NCBI GenBank assembly: GCA_963826115.1
Contig: CAWGVS010000008.1
Coordinates: 30,118 to 94,117 of the forward strand
Length of the DNA: 64,000 nucleotides
Origin: an uncultured Candidatus Rokubacteria bacterium
GTDB lineage: Bacteria; Methylomirabilota; Methylomirabilia; Rokubacteriales; DASRDR01
Direction of reading: 5' to 3'
A model generated the notes under the pieces. The model did no database searches. It was given only the letters and a program-made list of their open reading frames with translations, and was not told the DNA's origin. Below, piece after piece: positions 51,289-61,178 of this stretch. Both the position numbers and the translations under genes were made by a program. Every line of letters begins with the position of its first letter. Within the stretch, counting starts at the first letter, position 1.

Positions 51289-53199
51289 TCAGCCGGCGGG
51301 AGCCCCGTCGCGGAGCACGCGCTTGTCCCCCACCCGGACGGTCACCCGCTGGGTGTCGAGCCACTCGAGCAGGGGAATCGCGTACTTCCGCGAGATGCCG
51401 AGCAGGTCCTTGATGTCCTGGGGCGTGATGGCCTTGTGCGTCTGCAGGAAGGCGACGACCCGGCCGACGGCCTCCTGGAGGGGCTCGGCGTGGAAGTAGA
51501 GCCCCTCGCGGACCCGCACGAGCCGCCGCCCCTCCACCAGCAGCTGGGCCATCGCCTGCGGGGAGGAGCCGGTGAGCCCGAGCTTGGCGAAGGCCTCCTC
51601 CAGGGTCGGCGGGGCGACACCCGCGGCGCGGAACTCGGACTCGATCCGGTCGGACGCCGCCTGCTGGTCCTCGCTCAGGCGGACGGCGTGCCCGGCGCCC
51701 CGGACCTTGTCCTTGTCGACGACGAGGACGCCGGACGCCGCGAAGCGGTCGAGCAGGGCGAGGAAAACACGCTCCTCCAGGCTCCCGAGCCGCGTCCGGA
51801 GCTCCTCCTTCGACATGCCCGGCTTGAGCGGCTCCCGGGCGTGGAACGCCGCCAGCACCGTGGCCGCCTCGTCGCGGAGGCGCGCCGCGGTGTCCGCGTG
51901 CACGTACCACTCCCGGTCCACGACGAAGACGCGCCCGCGCGCCACCAGCTCCTGGAGGTGTCGACGGAGCGCCTCCGGCCCGAACGCCGTCCGCGCCCGG
52001 AGCTCCGCCGTGCGCGCCCCGCCGCCACCGACGCGCAGGATGTGCGCCTCGAGCACCGCGAGGGGATCCTCGCTCTCGAGAAGCCGCAAGCGCGCGGCGA
52101 CGGCCGGGCTCCGCCGCGCCTTCGCCGGGGCGACGTCGAGGAGCGCGCCGCCGCCGATCGTCACCATCGGGGAGTAGCTCCGGATCACGTAGCGGTCTCC
52201 GGGGAGGGCCACGACGGGCGCCTCGAGGCGTAGCTGGACGTGGCCGGTCTGGCCGGGCTCGATGGACGTGCCCGTCACCGGGTGCACCCGCGCCATGACC
52301 TCGCTCGTGCCGACGTGAAAGCGCACGCGCTGGCGCATCTTGAGCGGGGCCGGCGCGTCCGCCAGGAGCTCGCACGTCGCGTCCAGCATGTAGGTCGGCT
52401 GGAGAAGCCCCGGCAGCGACAGCACGTCGCCGCGTTCGATCGCAGCCCGCTCGACGCCCTGGAGGTTCACCGCCGCCCGCTGGCCGGCGACCGCCGTCGG
52501 CACCGGATGCCCGTGGGTCTGGATGCCGCGCACCTTGGCCTGCACCGCGCGCGGGTAGACCTCCACGCGCTCGTCGAGGGCCAGCTGGCCGGCCGCGACG
52601 GTCCCGGTCACCACCGTCCCGAACCCGCGAATCGTGAAGACGCGGTCGATCGGCAGGCGGAAGGTCGCATCGATGCTCCGCGCGGGCACCGCGCGCGCGA
52701 GCGCCGCGAGGGCGTCACGGAGCGCCGGCAGCCCCTCGCCGGTCTTGGCCGAGACCGGAAGGATCGGCGCCCCCGCGAGGAACGTCCCGCGCAGGAAGCC
52801 GCGGACGTCCTCCTGGACCAGCTCGAGCCAGTCGGGCTCGGCGAGGTCCGCCTTGGTCAGCACGACCAGGCCGCTCCGGACCCGGAGCAGCTGGCAGATC
52901 GCCAGGTGCTCCCGTGTCTGCGGCATCACGCCCTCGTCCGCGGCGATGACCAGCATGACGAGGTCGATCCCGCCCACCCCCGCCAGCATGTTCTTCACGA
53001 ACCGCTCGTGCCCGGGGACGTCGACGATCCCGACGGTGAGTCCCTCGCCGAGCTCGAGGTGGGCAAAGCCGATGTCGATGGTGATCCCCCGCTCCTTCTC
53101 CTCCTTGAGGCGATCGGGATCGATCCCGGTCAGCGCCAGGACCAGGCTCGACTTGCCGTGGTCGATGTGGCCCGCGGTGCCGGCGACGACGTGGCGCAC
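51289..53199 (-). CDS. selB: Selenocysteine-specific elongation factor
   Basis: [27 protein letters not shown], winged-helix C-terminus [14 protein letters not shown]. Confidence 0.97.
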   Translation of the reverse strand: MRHVVAGTAGHIDHGKSSLVLALTGIDPDRLKEEKERGITIDIGFAHLELGEGLTVGIVDVPGHERFVKNMLAGVGGIDLVMLVIAADEGVMPQTREHLAICQLLRVRSGLVVLTKADLAEPDWLELVQEDVRGFLRGTFLAGAPILPVSAKTGEGLPALRDALAALARAVPARSIDATFRLPIDRVFTIRGFGTVVTGTVAAGQLALDERVEVYPRAVQAKVRGIQTHGHPVPTAVAGQRAAVNLQGVERAAIERGDVLSLPGLLQPTYMLDATCELLADAPAPLKMRQRVRFHVGTSEVMARVHPVTGTSIEPGQTGHVQLRLEAPVVALPGDRYVIRSYSPMVTIGGGALLDVAPAKARRSPAVAARLRLLESEDPLAVLEAHILRVGGGGARTAELRARTAFGPEALRRHLQELVARGRVFVVDREWYVHADTAARLRDEAATVLAAFHAREPLKPGMSKEELRTRLGSLEERVFLALLDRFAASGVLVVDKDKVRGAGHAVRLSEDQQAASDRIESEFRAAGVAPPTLEEAFAKLGLTGSSPQAMAQLLVEGRRLVRVREGLYFHAEPLQEAVGRVVAFLQTHKAITPQDIKDLLGISRKYAIPLLEWLDTQRVTVRVGDKRVLRDGAPAG

Positions 53200-53209
53200 G
53201 GGCGGCCGA

Positions 53210-54679
53210 CTAGGCGAGCGCCGCGAGCGCGGCGGCGAGTGCCGGGACCTCGTCGTCCATGACCGTCCGGCAGTCGAGCAGAAGCCGCTCGTCGGCGATG
53301 CGGCCGATGACCGGCGGCCGCCCCGCACGGAGCGCCGCGTCGAGAGCCGTGGCAGGCCGCGCCGGGGTCCCGAGCGCGAGCGCGGCGGTGGGGAGCGCCG
53401 CCAGCGGGAGCGCGCCGCCGCCGACCTCCGAGCGGTCGGCCACCACCGCGAGGCCGAGCGTCCGGCGCGCGGGCGCCGGGACCCGCCCGAGAACCCGCCG
53501 GGCCCGGCGCCGGACGACCTCGGCGGCCTCGCTCAGCATGCGGAGGGTCGGGATCTCGCGGGCCGCCGTCGCCGGATCCTCGTAGGCGCGGAGGGTGGCC
53601 TCCAGCGCGGCGAGCGTGAGCTTGTCGATGCGGAGCGCGCGGTTGAGCGGGTTCTCGCGGAGCCGCGCCACGAGCGCCCGGCGGCCCACGACGAGGCCCG
53701 CCTGCGGGCCGCCGAGCAGCTTGTCACCCGAGAACGTGACCAGATCGGCGCCGGCGGCGACCGTCTCCGGAACCGTGGGCTCCCGCGGCAGCCCCCACGG
53801 CCGGAGGTCGAGGAAGCAGCCAGAGCCCAGGTCCTCAAGCACCGGCACGCCGCGAGTCCGGCCGAGCTCCGCGAGCTCGGCGGTGGGGACGCTCTCCGTG
53901 AACCCGACCACGCGGTAGTTCGAGGGGTGCACCTTGAGGAGCAGCGCCGTCTCCGGCGTGATCGCGGCCGCGTAGTCGGCGAGGCGTGTCCGGTTCGTGG
54001 TCCCGACCTCGACGAGCTGCGCGCCGGACCGGGCCATGATGTCCGGGATCCGGAACGCCCCGCCGATCTCGATCAGCTCGCCCCGAGACACCACCACCTC
54101 GCGCCCCCGGGCGAGCGACTCGAGCGCGAGCAGGACCGCCGCCGCGTTGTTGTTGACCACGAGCGAGGCCTCGGCGCCGGAGAGACGGGCCAGGAGCGGG
54201 TCCACGTGCTCGTAGCGCGAGCCGCGCGTCTTCGTGCGCACGTCCAGCTCGAGGTTCGAGTAGCGTGCCGCGACGAGGGCGACCCGAGCCAAAGCGCTCG
54301 GGCCCAGCGGGGCCCGTCCGAGATTCGTGTGGAGCACCACACCGGTCGCGTTGATCACACGGTCGAGCGACCAGGCGCCCGCCTCGTCTAGCGCGGCGTA
54401 GACTCGCGGCAGGAGCGCCGGGGTCTCGAGGGCAACGGCCTCCAGGTCGGCGGGGGACGTGGCGGCGAGGACCGCGCGCCGCCGCTCGGCGAGCACCGCC
54501 CGCACCGCCTCCACCGTGCGGACGCGCGACGGCAGGGGTCGCCCCGCGAGGGCGCGCACGACCTCGTCGACCGACGGGAGCGCGCGGAGGCGGCTCCGGC
54601 GGCGCGTCGCCAGCCCGTCGGTGGCGGCGGGCGGGGCGCCGGCGACCGGCCGCCGGGAGGCGGGCCGCGGGCCGGCCAC
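53210..54679 (-). CDS. selA: L-seryl-tRNA(Sec) selenium transferase
   Basis: [52 protein letters not shown]. Confidence 0.97.
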   Translation of the reverse strand: MAGPRPASRRPVAGAPPAATDGLATRRRSRLRALPSVDEVVRALAGRPLPSRVRTVEAVRAVLAERRRAVLAATSPADLEAVALETPALLPRVYAALDEAGAWSLDRVINATGVVLHTNLGRAPLGPSALARVALVAARYSNLELDVRTKTRGSRYEHVDPLLARLSGAEASLVVNNNAAAVLLALESLARGREVVVSRGELIEIGGAFRIPDIMARSGAQLVEVGTTNRTRLADYAAAITPETALLLKVHPSNYRVVGFTESVPTAELAELGRTRGVPVLEDLGSGCFLDLRPWGLPREPTVPETVAAGADLVTFSGDKLLGGPQAGLVVGRRALVARLRENPLNRALRIDKLTLAALEATLRAYEDPATAAREIPTLRMLSEAAEVVRRRARRVLGRVPAPARRTLGLAVVADRSEVGGGALPLAALPTAALALGTPARPATALDAALRAGRPPVIGRIADERLLLDCRTVMDDEVPALAAALAALA

Positions 54680-54680
54680 G

Positions 54681-55169
54681 TCAGGGCCTCAGGAGCGCTC
54701 GCACGGTGTCGAGGAGGTTCGCCTCCCAGCGGCCCGTCGAGACGCAGGGCAAGCCGGACCGGGGCCTGGGCGGCCCGCTGCCCCGCGTGTACGTGTCCGT
54801 GCGCATGCGCGTGTTGACCTGGACCGCCGTCTGCGTGGCCGAGACCGCCTCGACGAAGATGGTGAACGCGACCTGCGCATCGCCCTCGACCCGCTCGTCC
54901 CCGAAGCGTCCGCAATCGGCGTAGAGCCCGATCGTCGTCGGCACCGCCTCGGAGGCGATCACGCCCGAGTCCCGGGCGATGGTCCGGACCTGCACGTTCT
55001 CGCGGGCGAGGGCCCGGACGAGCGCCCGCCACACCTGGTCGTAGGGGGCGTCGATCTGCTCCGTGTACGCGCTCGGCAGCACCGGGGCGACGTAGGCGCG
55101 GCTGCACCCGGCGAGGGCGAGGAGGCCCAGCGTTCCGACGAGCGCGCGGGCGCCGACCAGCCGTCGCAT
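54681..55169 (-). CDS. Hypothetical lipoprotein (possibly BamC/NlpB-like helix-grip fold)
   Basis: Lipobox LAGC; YDQVWRALVRAL...IARDSGVIAS; two further Cys. Confidence 0.7.
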   Translation of the reverse strand: MRRLVGARALVGTLGLLALAGCSRAYVAPVLPSAYTEQIDAPYDQVWRALVRALARENVQVRTIARDSGVIASEAVPTTIGLYADCGRFGDERVEGDAQVAFTIFVEAVSATQTAVQVNTRMRTDTYTRGSGPPRPRSGLPCVSTGRWEANLLDTVRALLRP

Positions 55170-55174
55170 GGGCG

Positions 55175-55771
55175 TCAGCGGGGGTGGTGGTCGATGCCGC
55201 GATAGGCGTCGACGAAGCGCACCACCCGGCGCTCGTCGAGCTCGTCCATCTTGTCGATGCGCGTCCACGCCGTGAGCGCGATGCAGCGGTCCAGCCCGGG
55301 ATACGGCGCCAGGACCACGTGGTCGGGATAGCGGTCGACGATCGCGCGGAGGCCCGCCTGGACCTGGTCCGCGCACTGGGGCTTGTAGTTCACCACGACG
55401 CCGCCGTCCTCGAGGTTGTGGACCTGGAGCTCCTTCGCGATGGGCCGGGCGTGCACGCCCCACGGCGCGATGTACGGAAGATGCGGGCCCGAGGTCGGCG
55501 GGTCCGAGTTGTAGGCCACGTGGGGTGTCTCGGCCGTCGGGATGTGGTCGTTTCCGAGGCTCGGCATGAACTCGCCCGGGATCGGCCCGCGGGCGCGCGC
55601 GTAGAGCCAGCCGGCCATGACGATCACCACCAGCCCCGCCACCACGGTGGCGCCCACGACGACACGGCGGCGCTGTCGCCGCGTCAGGGCGAAGCGCGTC
55701 GGGGCCGCGGCGTCAGTCGCCCGCCCGCCGCCGCCGCTTCGCTTCGGCTGTCCCTTGCGCGCCTTGGCCAT
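55175..55771 (-). CDS. DUF3105-like membrane-anchored protein
   Basis: One TM segment; YNSDPPTSGPH, VHNLEDGGVVVNY, IALTAW. Confidence 0.8.
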   Translation of the reverse strand: MAKARKGQPKRSGGGGRATDAAAPTRFALTRRQRRRVVVGATVVAGLVVIVMAGWLYARARGPIPGEFMPSLGNDHIPTAETPHVAYNSDPPTSGPHLPYIAPWGVHARPIAKELQVHNLEDGGVVVNYKPQCADQVQAGLRAIVDRYPDHVVLAPYPGLDRCIALTAWTRIDKMDELDERRVVRFVDAYRGIDHHPR

Positions 55772-55824
55772 GTCCCTCGCGTTCCCTGGGCGACTCCACC
55801 GCCCGCGTGCCCCGCCCCCGGCCA

Positions 55825-55922
55825 TGGCGGAAGCGCGTGGGAGTCGAACCCACCTCGAGCTTGTCTAGAACCCGACACCGGATTTGAAGTCCGGGAGGCC
55901 CACCGGGATCCTATGCGCTTCC
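55825..55922 (-). tRNA. selC: tRNA-Sec (anticodon UCA)
   Basis: 8-bp acceptor stem GGAAGCGC/GCGCTTCC, G discriminator plus encoded CCA, anticodon arm CCGGA-CTTCAAA-TCCGG, long variable arm, T arm GTGGG-TTCGACT-CCCAC. Confidence 0.97.
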
Positions 55923-55941
55923 GGTCCGGAAAATTGGATCG

Positions 55942-55950
55942 AGTGTATCA
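55942..55950 (-). promoter_or_regulatory. Extended -10 of selC
   Basis: TG-A-TACACT 19 nt upstream of the mature tRNA. Confidence 0.5.
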
Positions 55951-55976
55951 CCGCGGACGGCCGCCGGGCACGGACC

Positions 55977-56216
55977 CTAGCCGCCGACCAGCGGGGGGAG
56001 GACCGCGACGACGTCCGCTGGGCGGAGCCGGGCCGTCGGGGCGGCGTCGAGACCGTTCACGAGCAGGAGGCGCGGCACCTCGTCGGGGATGCGGAGCTCC
56101 CGCAGGAGATCCCCGACCGTCGCGCCCGCCGGGAGCGCGACGCGGAACGCGCCGCGCCGGAGCCCCGGCGGCCCGTAGTCGGCCAGGTTCGCGAAGAGGT
56201 GGACCTCCACCTCCAC
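55977..56216 (-). CDS. MoaD/ThiS-family sulfur carrier
   Basis: VEVHLFANL...GATVGDLL...LVNG...VAVLPPLVGG with C-terminal GG. Confidence 0.88.
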   Translation of the reverse strand: MEVEVHLFANLADYGPPGLRRGAFRVALPAGATVGDLLRELRIPDEVPRLLLVNGLDAAPTARLRPADVVAVLPPLVGG

Positions 56217-56238
56217 GGTCGGCGCGCGGCCGGGCGTG

Positions 56239-57567
56239 TCAGGCGCCGTAGATCTTGCGCAGCTCTCCCGCCGCCCACTTGACCGCCTCCTCGGGGGCCG
56301 CGCCCTGCAGGCTCCGCGCGAACATGTCGACGACGACGTACTTCGACAGGGCCTCGGTCGCCTTCCGCCCCGGGGGACCCGCATGGCCGACCTGCCGCGC
56401 CGACAGGAGCGTCTCGCGGAAGACCGTGGTCTTCGGGTCCTTCGTCCAGAGCGGGTGATCGAAGAAGACCTTGGTCCCCGGGATGCCGAAGGTGTCCATC
56501 GTCTCGAAGTACTTGTCGTACTGCGCGCGGTCCATGTAGAAGCGGATGAAGTCCTTGGCGACGGACTGGTTCTTCGAGTACTTCATCACGCAGCTGTTCC
56601 AGGCCGGCAGCCAGTAGAACCGGCCCGCCGGCCCCGGCGGGAAGTGGCCGTGGTTCGTGCCCCGGTAGACGTCGGGGGCCTGCTTCCGCGCCGCCACGTA
56701 GATGCTCGGCGCGTTGCCGGTGAGCGAGATGTCCGACGACAGGAAGGACCGGTTGTTGTTCGAGTCGTCCCAGCCGAGCCCGCCCTCGTCGAAGACCTCC
56801 TTCCAGAGCGCGTTGTTGAACTTGACGGCCTCGACCGCCGCCTTCGCGTCGAGGACGACCGTCTTGCCGTCCTTGTCGACCTCCATCCCGCCCCACATCC
56901 ACACGAGGGGGTAGCACCAGTTGTTGGGGTCGTTGATGCTGTGGCCGAACGCCTGACCGAAGGGCTTGCCCTTGGCCTTCAGCGCTCGCCCCGCCGTCCG
57001 GAACTCCTCCCACGTCTGCGGGTACTTGAGGCCCTCGTCCCTGAACCAGTCCTCCCGGTACGTGATCGCCCAGGAGATGATGAACTGCGGGACGCCGATC
57101 CAGCGCCCGCCGCTGACCGTGTTGACCCGGGCGTAGTCGTACCAGCCGCCCTGCCGGCGGCCGATCTCCTCGGCGACGTCCGACACGTCCACCAGGGACG
57201 CCTCGTAGAGGTGCGGGTGATTGTTCGCGATGATGATGATGTCGGGCCCGGTCTGGGCCTGGACGGCCGCGGTGACGCGCGCCTGGATGTCATTCTGGTT
57301 GATCCGCTCGATCTGGACCTGCAGGCCGGCCTGCTTCCCGAACTCGGCCGCCTGCTGATCGAAGAGCGCGTCCGCCGCCTGGACGAAGTGGGACCACTGG
57401 AGGAGGTGGAGCCGCGTCCCCTTCGGCGCGGCCGGCGCCTGGGCGTGCGCCAGGATCTCCCGGAGCCCGCCGGCCGCCGCCGCGCCGGCCGTGGCGGCGC
57501 CGCGCAGCCAGGCGCGCCGGGAGAGAGTCGGGGAGTCGAGGGACCGGCCGCGCGCGTCGCGTGTCAT
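56239..57567 (-). CDS. TAT-exported ABC solute-binding protein (carbohydrate family 1), orphan
   Basis: SRRAWLR twin-arginine leader, GPDI, YREDWF, PQTWEEF, WDDSNNNRSF. Confidence 0.85.
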   Translation of the reverse strand: MTRDARGRSLDSPTLSRRAWLRGAATAGAAAAGGLREILAHAQAPAAPKGTRLHLLQWSHFVQAADALFDQQAAEFGKQAGLQVQIERINQNDIQARVTAAVQAQTGPDIIIIANNHPHLYEASLVDVSDVAEEIGRRQGGWYDYARVNTVSGGRWIGVPQFIISWAITYREDWFRDEGLKYPQTWEEFRTAGRALKAKGKPFGQAFGHSINDPNNWCYPLVWMWGGMEVDKDGKTVVLDAKAAVEAVKFNNALWKEVFDEGGLGWDDSNNNRSFLSSDISLTGNAPSIYVAARKQAPDVYRGTNHGHFPPGPAGRFYWLPAWNSCVMKYSKNQSVAKDFIRFYMDRAQYDKYFETMDTFGIPGTKVFFDHPLWTKDPKTTVFRETLLSARQVGHAGPPGRKATEALSKYVVVDMFARSLQGAAPEEAVKWAAGELRKIYGA

Positions 57568-57637
57568 GCGCTGACCCTCCTGCCGAGCACCCTCGGCGTC
57601 GAGACCGGCCAGCGGACCGGGAGGAGCGGGCGCGCCT

Positions 57638-59137
57638 CTAGGGCGAGTTGAGGCGGAGCCGCGCGCCGACCGCCAGCGGGTCGTCCAGGTCCATCCCGTT
57701 GACCCGCGCCAGGGTCTGCGGCGTCACCCGGTACCGGGCGGCGATGCCCGAGAGCGTGTCCCCCTTGCGGACGACCACCTCGCGGGGGGCGCCGGGGGCG
57801 GGCGAGGCGGCGGCGACCGGGGCCACGGGGCCCGCGGCGGCGACCGTCGGCACGACCAGCTCACGGATCCCGCGCAGTCGCCCGCCCGGCAGATGGTTCA
57901 GCTCGGCCAGCCGCTGCGTGGTCACGCGGTACAGCCGGGCGATCTCGGCGAGGGACTGGTTGCTCTTGATGCGGTGGACGCTCCACGTCGGGAGGCTCGA
58001 CGGTGCGGCCGCCTGGAGCGCCGTCTCGAACCGGGCCCCCGCGCCGGGCGGGAGCCGGAGCGTGTAGCTCCCGAAGGGCGGCGTGATCCGCGCGAGGAGG
58101 GCCGGGTTCAGGTCGCGGACCTCCTCGACGGAGACGCCGCCGAGCCCGGCGATGGTCTCGAAGTCGAGGGCCCTGCGAATGGCCACCTCGTCATAGGCGA
58201 GCGGCGCCTCGAGTGTGACATCGAAGCCGTACCGCGTCGGCGCGCGCGTGATCACCGCGGCCGCGAGGATCTGCGGGACGAACATCTTCGTCTCGTCCGG
58301 CAGGTGCCGCGTCTGGGTCAGGGCCCAGAAGTCGCTCGTCCGCGCGCGCTGGATGGCCCGGCCCACGCGCGCCTCGCCCGCGTTGTAGCCGGCCTGGGCG
58401 AGGAACCAGTGGCCGAACAGGCCGTAGAGATCCCCGAGGTACGCCGCCGCCGCGATCGTCGACTTCACCGGATCGAGCCGCTCGTCGAGCCAACGGTCGA
58501 TGACGAGCCCGTAACGGCGCCCGGTCGCTTCCATGAACTGCCACATGCCCTTGGCCCCGACCCGGGACACCGCCCGCGGCGAGAACCCGGACTCGATCAT
58601 CGCAGTGTAGGCGAGCTCCTCGGGCAGCCCGCGCTCCCGGAAGATGCGCTGGATCATCGGCAGGTATCGACCCGACCGCGAGATCCACATCCCGAAACGC
58701 TCGCGGTCCCTTGCGACGAAGTGGTCGATCAGGGCCTCGACCGGGGCGTTGACCACCACGGGGTAGGTCGGCACCGGGAGCCCCGGCGGCACCTGGACGG
58801 TCGGGACACTCGACAGGCTGTCCCCTCGCTCGTCGGGGCCGGCCAGGCGCGGGAACGCGGGACGAATACGCACGCCGAGCCCGCCGTCCGGGCTCGGGTC
58901 CGTTGGCTCCACGGCCACGGGCGTCGGGGGCAGCTCGCTCTCGAGCTGACCGACAGACGGCGGCCGGGGCGGGACGGGGGGCTCGGGGACGGACGCGAGG
59001 CGGTAGGCGGGGCTATCGGCGCCGGGCCCGCCGACCAGCAATTGCGCGAAGGCGGGGAGCGGACAGAGCGTCGCCGTCGCGGTGACCAGCGCCACCCCGG
59101 TACCCAGCAACCTGCACCACCACGCTCGCACCCTCAT
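57638..59137 (-). CDS. Lytic transglycosylase with LysM domains (MltD-like)
   Basis: LPEELAYTAMIES, AKGMWQFM, YNAGE, ETKMFVP, LysM VRKGDTLSGIAARY. Start approximate. Confidence 0.92.
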   Translation of the reverse strand: MRVRAWWCRLLGTGVALVTATATLCPLPAFAQLLVGGPGADSPAYRLASVPEPPVPPRPPSVGQLESELPPTPVAVEPTDPSPDGGLGVRIRPAFPRLAGPDERGDSLSSVPTVQVPPGLPVPTYPVVVNAPVEALIDHFVARDRERFGMWISRSGRYLPMIQRIFRERGLPEELAYTAMIESGFSPRAVSRVGAKGMWQFMEATGRRYGLVIDRWLDERLDPVKSTIAAAAYLGDLYGLFGHWFLAQAGYNAGEARVGRAIQRARTSDFWALTQTRHLPDETKMFVPQILAAAVITRAPTRYGFDVTLEAPLAYDEVAIRRALDFETIAGLGGVSVEEVRDLNPALLARITPPFGSYTLRLPPGAGARFETALQAAAPSSLPTWSVHRIKSNQSLAEIARLYRVTTQRLAELNHLPGGRLRGIRELVVPTVAAAGPVAPVAAASPAPGAPREVVVRKGDTLSGIAARYRVTPQTLARVNGMDLDDPLAVGARLRLNSP

Positions 59138-59176
59138 GTAGTCGAAGCGGAGGACGACAGGACTATGAGTCGGGTC

Positions 59177-59206
59177 TTTGTAGCACGCGGTCCGGGCAGG
59201 TGTCAA
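59177..59206 (-). promoter_or_regulatory. Possible sigma70 promoter of the mltD-like gene
   Basis: TTGACA-18 bp-TACAAA with extended TG. Confidence 0.45.
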
Positions 59207-59282
59207 CCGGAAAACCGGTGACTGACGGATCATAAGTATCGGGGTCTAAAGGAGAATAGGTCAGAAGCGACGTCCACGACGG

Positions 59283-60092
59283 CTAGCGGATCGGCCCGAC
59301 CAGCCACCGCGCGCGGTCCGAGAGCTCGAGCCCCACGCGCTCCCCGGCCACCACGCGGACCCGACTCAACCACACCTCCGCTTCCTTCGCGGGACCGGCC
59401 ACCCGCGGGAGGAAGTTCCGGGTGCGGCTGTTCTGCCGAGCCTTCGGCTCGGCCCGCAGCTTCTCCGCCGCATACGGTGCCACGCGGACCAGGACGACGA
59501 GCCAGTCGCCCGACGGCACCGCGTCGAACGCGAAGAGCCCGGCCGTGTCGGTCTTCTGGCGCCACGGGTGGACCGGCTCCTCGGGGGCGCTCGCCGGGCT
59601 GACGGGGCGGCCCGAAACCGCGGGCGGGCGTGCCCCGGTCGAGGCCACGGGCGGCGCCGCCGGCTTCGGCGCCCGGGGCGCGGGCAGGGACGGCGGCTCG
59701 GCCACGAGGGGATCGACCACGGCCGGCGCCGTCTGGCGGTCGATCCGCCCCTGGTGGGCGGCGAGGGCGGCCTGGACGCGCGACACGGCCGATTCGTACT
59801 GGGAGCCCGAGGTCCGCGCGCTCTGCCGGATCCGGTCGAGCTCCGCCACGAGCGTCGGCGTGGCCGGGTACAGCGTGACGTCGATCCCGCTCAGCGGCGT
59901 CCACGCACCGACGGGGGATTCTTCCTCGACGGCCAATCGGCCCCAGACCATCCCTGGCGCGCCCAGGCTCCGGAGCGCCTCGGTCACCTCGGCCGCGGGG
60001 TCCTCGCCGACCGCACGGGCCCACCGCGGCGTCGCGGCCGCCACGAGCACCCCGAGCGCGAGGGCCGCGAGCCAGCGGGCGCGGCGAGTCAC
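59283..60092 (-). CDS. Hypothetical exported protein with Pro-rich insert
   Basis: Signal peptide (TRRARWLAALALGVLVAAA..ARA); GTGA overlap with the upstream acyltransferase; TDTAGLFAFDAVPSGDW beta-sandwich-like motif. Confidence 0.65.
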   Translation of the reverse strand: MTRRARWLAALALGVLVAAATPRWARAVGEDPAAEVTEALRSLGAPGMVWGRLAVEEESPVGAWTPLSGIDVTLYPATPTLVAELDRIRQSARTSGSQYESAVSRVQAALAAHQGRIDRQTAPAVVDPLVAEPPSLPAPRAPKPAAPPVASTGARPPAVSGRPVSPASAPEEPVHPWRQKTDTAGLFAFDAVPSGDWLVVLVRVAPYAAEKLRAEPKARQNSRTRNFLPRVAGPAKEAEVWLSRVRVVAGERVGLELSDRARWLVGPIR

Positions 60093-61006
60093 GCGGGCCG
60101 GCTCTTCCAGCGCCGGTGCACCCAGAACCACTGCTCCGGGTGGGCGCGGACGTGCCGCTCGAGGGCCTCGGTGTACCGCGCGGTGTTCACCTCGATATCG
60201 TGGTCGAGGTCGCCGGTGTTCGCCAGCGGAATCGGCGGGTCGAGGGCGAGCTCGTGGCCGCCGTCCGGCAGGCGGTGGATGAACGCCGGCACCACGGGCG
60301 CGCGGGTCTTGATGGCCAGGACGGCGAGGGCGCGCGAGGTCGAGGCCGGATGGCCGAGGAAGGGCACGAACACCCCGTCCCGGCCGGCGTCCTGATCGAG
60401 CAGGATGCCGATGCACTGACCCCGGGCGAGGGCGTCCCGCACGCCCTGGACGGCGTCCCGCTTCGAGATCGCGCGGAGGCCACTCCGCTCGCGGGCCCGC
60501 GCAATGACGGCGTCGAGGTACGGGTTGTCGAGGGGGCGGACCACGACGCTCAGGCCGAAGCCGGCCTGGCCGTGCGTTGCCGCCAGGAGCTCCCAGTTCC
60601 CGAAATGCCCCGTCAGGAAGAACACCCCGCGCCCCTCGGCCATCGCCTGGCCGATGTGCTCGGTGCCGTGGCCGCGCACGCGGGCGACCAGGCGGTCCGC
60701 CCGCCCGAAGTAGAGCCGGCAGCACTCCATGGCCGTCATGCCGAGGTGCTCGAAGCAGCGGCGGGCGAGCGCCGCGCGCGCGTCGGGGGCGAGCGTGTCG
60801 CCGTAGACGAGGGTCAGGTTGTCGAGGGCCACCCGGCGGCGGCCCGACAGGATCCAGTACGCCACCCGCCCGAGGCCGGCCCCGAGGGTCTGGGCGAGCC
60901 CGAGGGGAACGCGGCCAATCAGGCCGCCGACGAGGCTGACGATCCGCGCGACGGTCCACTGGCCGGCGCGGCCCAAGGGCGAGGCGGGGCGGCGCCGCCG
61001 TCCCAC
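60089..61006 (-). CDS. Lipid A biosynthesis acyltransferase (LpxL/HtrB family)
   Basis: RRVALDNL, TGHFGNWE, RPLDNP, LLDQD, VPFLG, PEQWFWVHRRWK. Confidence 0.9.
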   Translation of the reverse strand: MGRRRRPASPLGRAGQWTVARIVSLVGGLIGRVPLGLAQTLGAGLGRVAYWILSGRRRVALDNLTLVYGDTLAPDARAALARRCFEHLGMTAMECCRLYFGRADRLVARVRGHGTEHIGQAMAEGRGVFFLTGHFGNWELLAATHGQAGFGLSVVVRPLDNPYLDAVIARARERSGLRAISKRDAVQGVRDALARGQCIGILLDQDAGRDGVFVPFLGHPASTSRALAVLAIKTRAPVVPAFIHRLPDGGHELALDPPIPLANTGDLDHDIEVNTARYTEALERHVRAHPEQWFWVHRRWKSRPA

Positions 61007-61010
61007 GGCC

Positions 61011-61171
61011 CTACCGCAACCAGCCGAGGAGCGCCGAGCTCACCCCGGCGATCAGCGCCGCCGCCGGGATCGTGAGGATCCACGCCCAGACGATCCGCCC
61101 GGCGATGCCCCAGCGCACCGCGGAGAGCAGAGCTCGAAGAAGCGCTCCTCGCGGGGGATCAGCCGGAACAC
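61011..61171 (-). pseudogene. Fused remnant: first 14 codons of a DUF47 (PhoU-like) gene joined out of frame to the last 38 codons of a PiT phosphate transporter
   Basis: GTG 61171 gives MFRLIPREERFFEL; a different frame 61127-61011 gives LSAVRWGIAGRIVWAWILTIPAAALIAGVSSALLGWLR*. Confidence 0.85.
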
Positions 61172-61178
61172 GGGGCGC

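Noticed and set aside
51289-55922. Selenoprotein genes or a genomic island at selC
   Set aside because: No recognised gene in the window has an in-frame TGA interrupting a conserved domain. No integrase, att duplication or composition shift was seen by eye.
59138-59282. c-di-AMP or other riboswitch before the LysM transglycosylase
   Set aside because: No consensus elements recognised; only a short CCGG-AAAA-CCGG hairpin and a promoter-like sequence.
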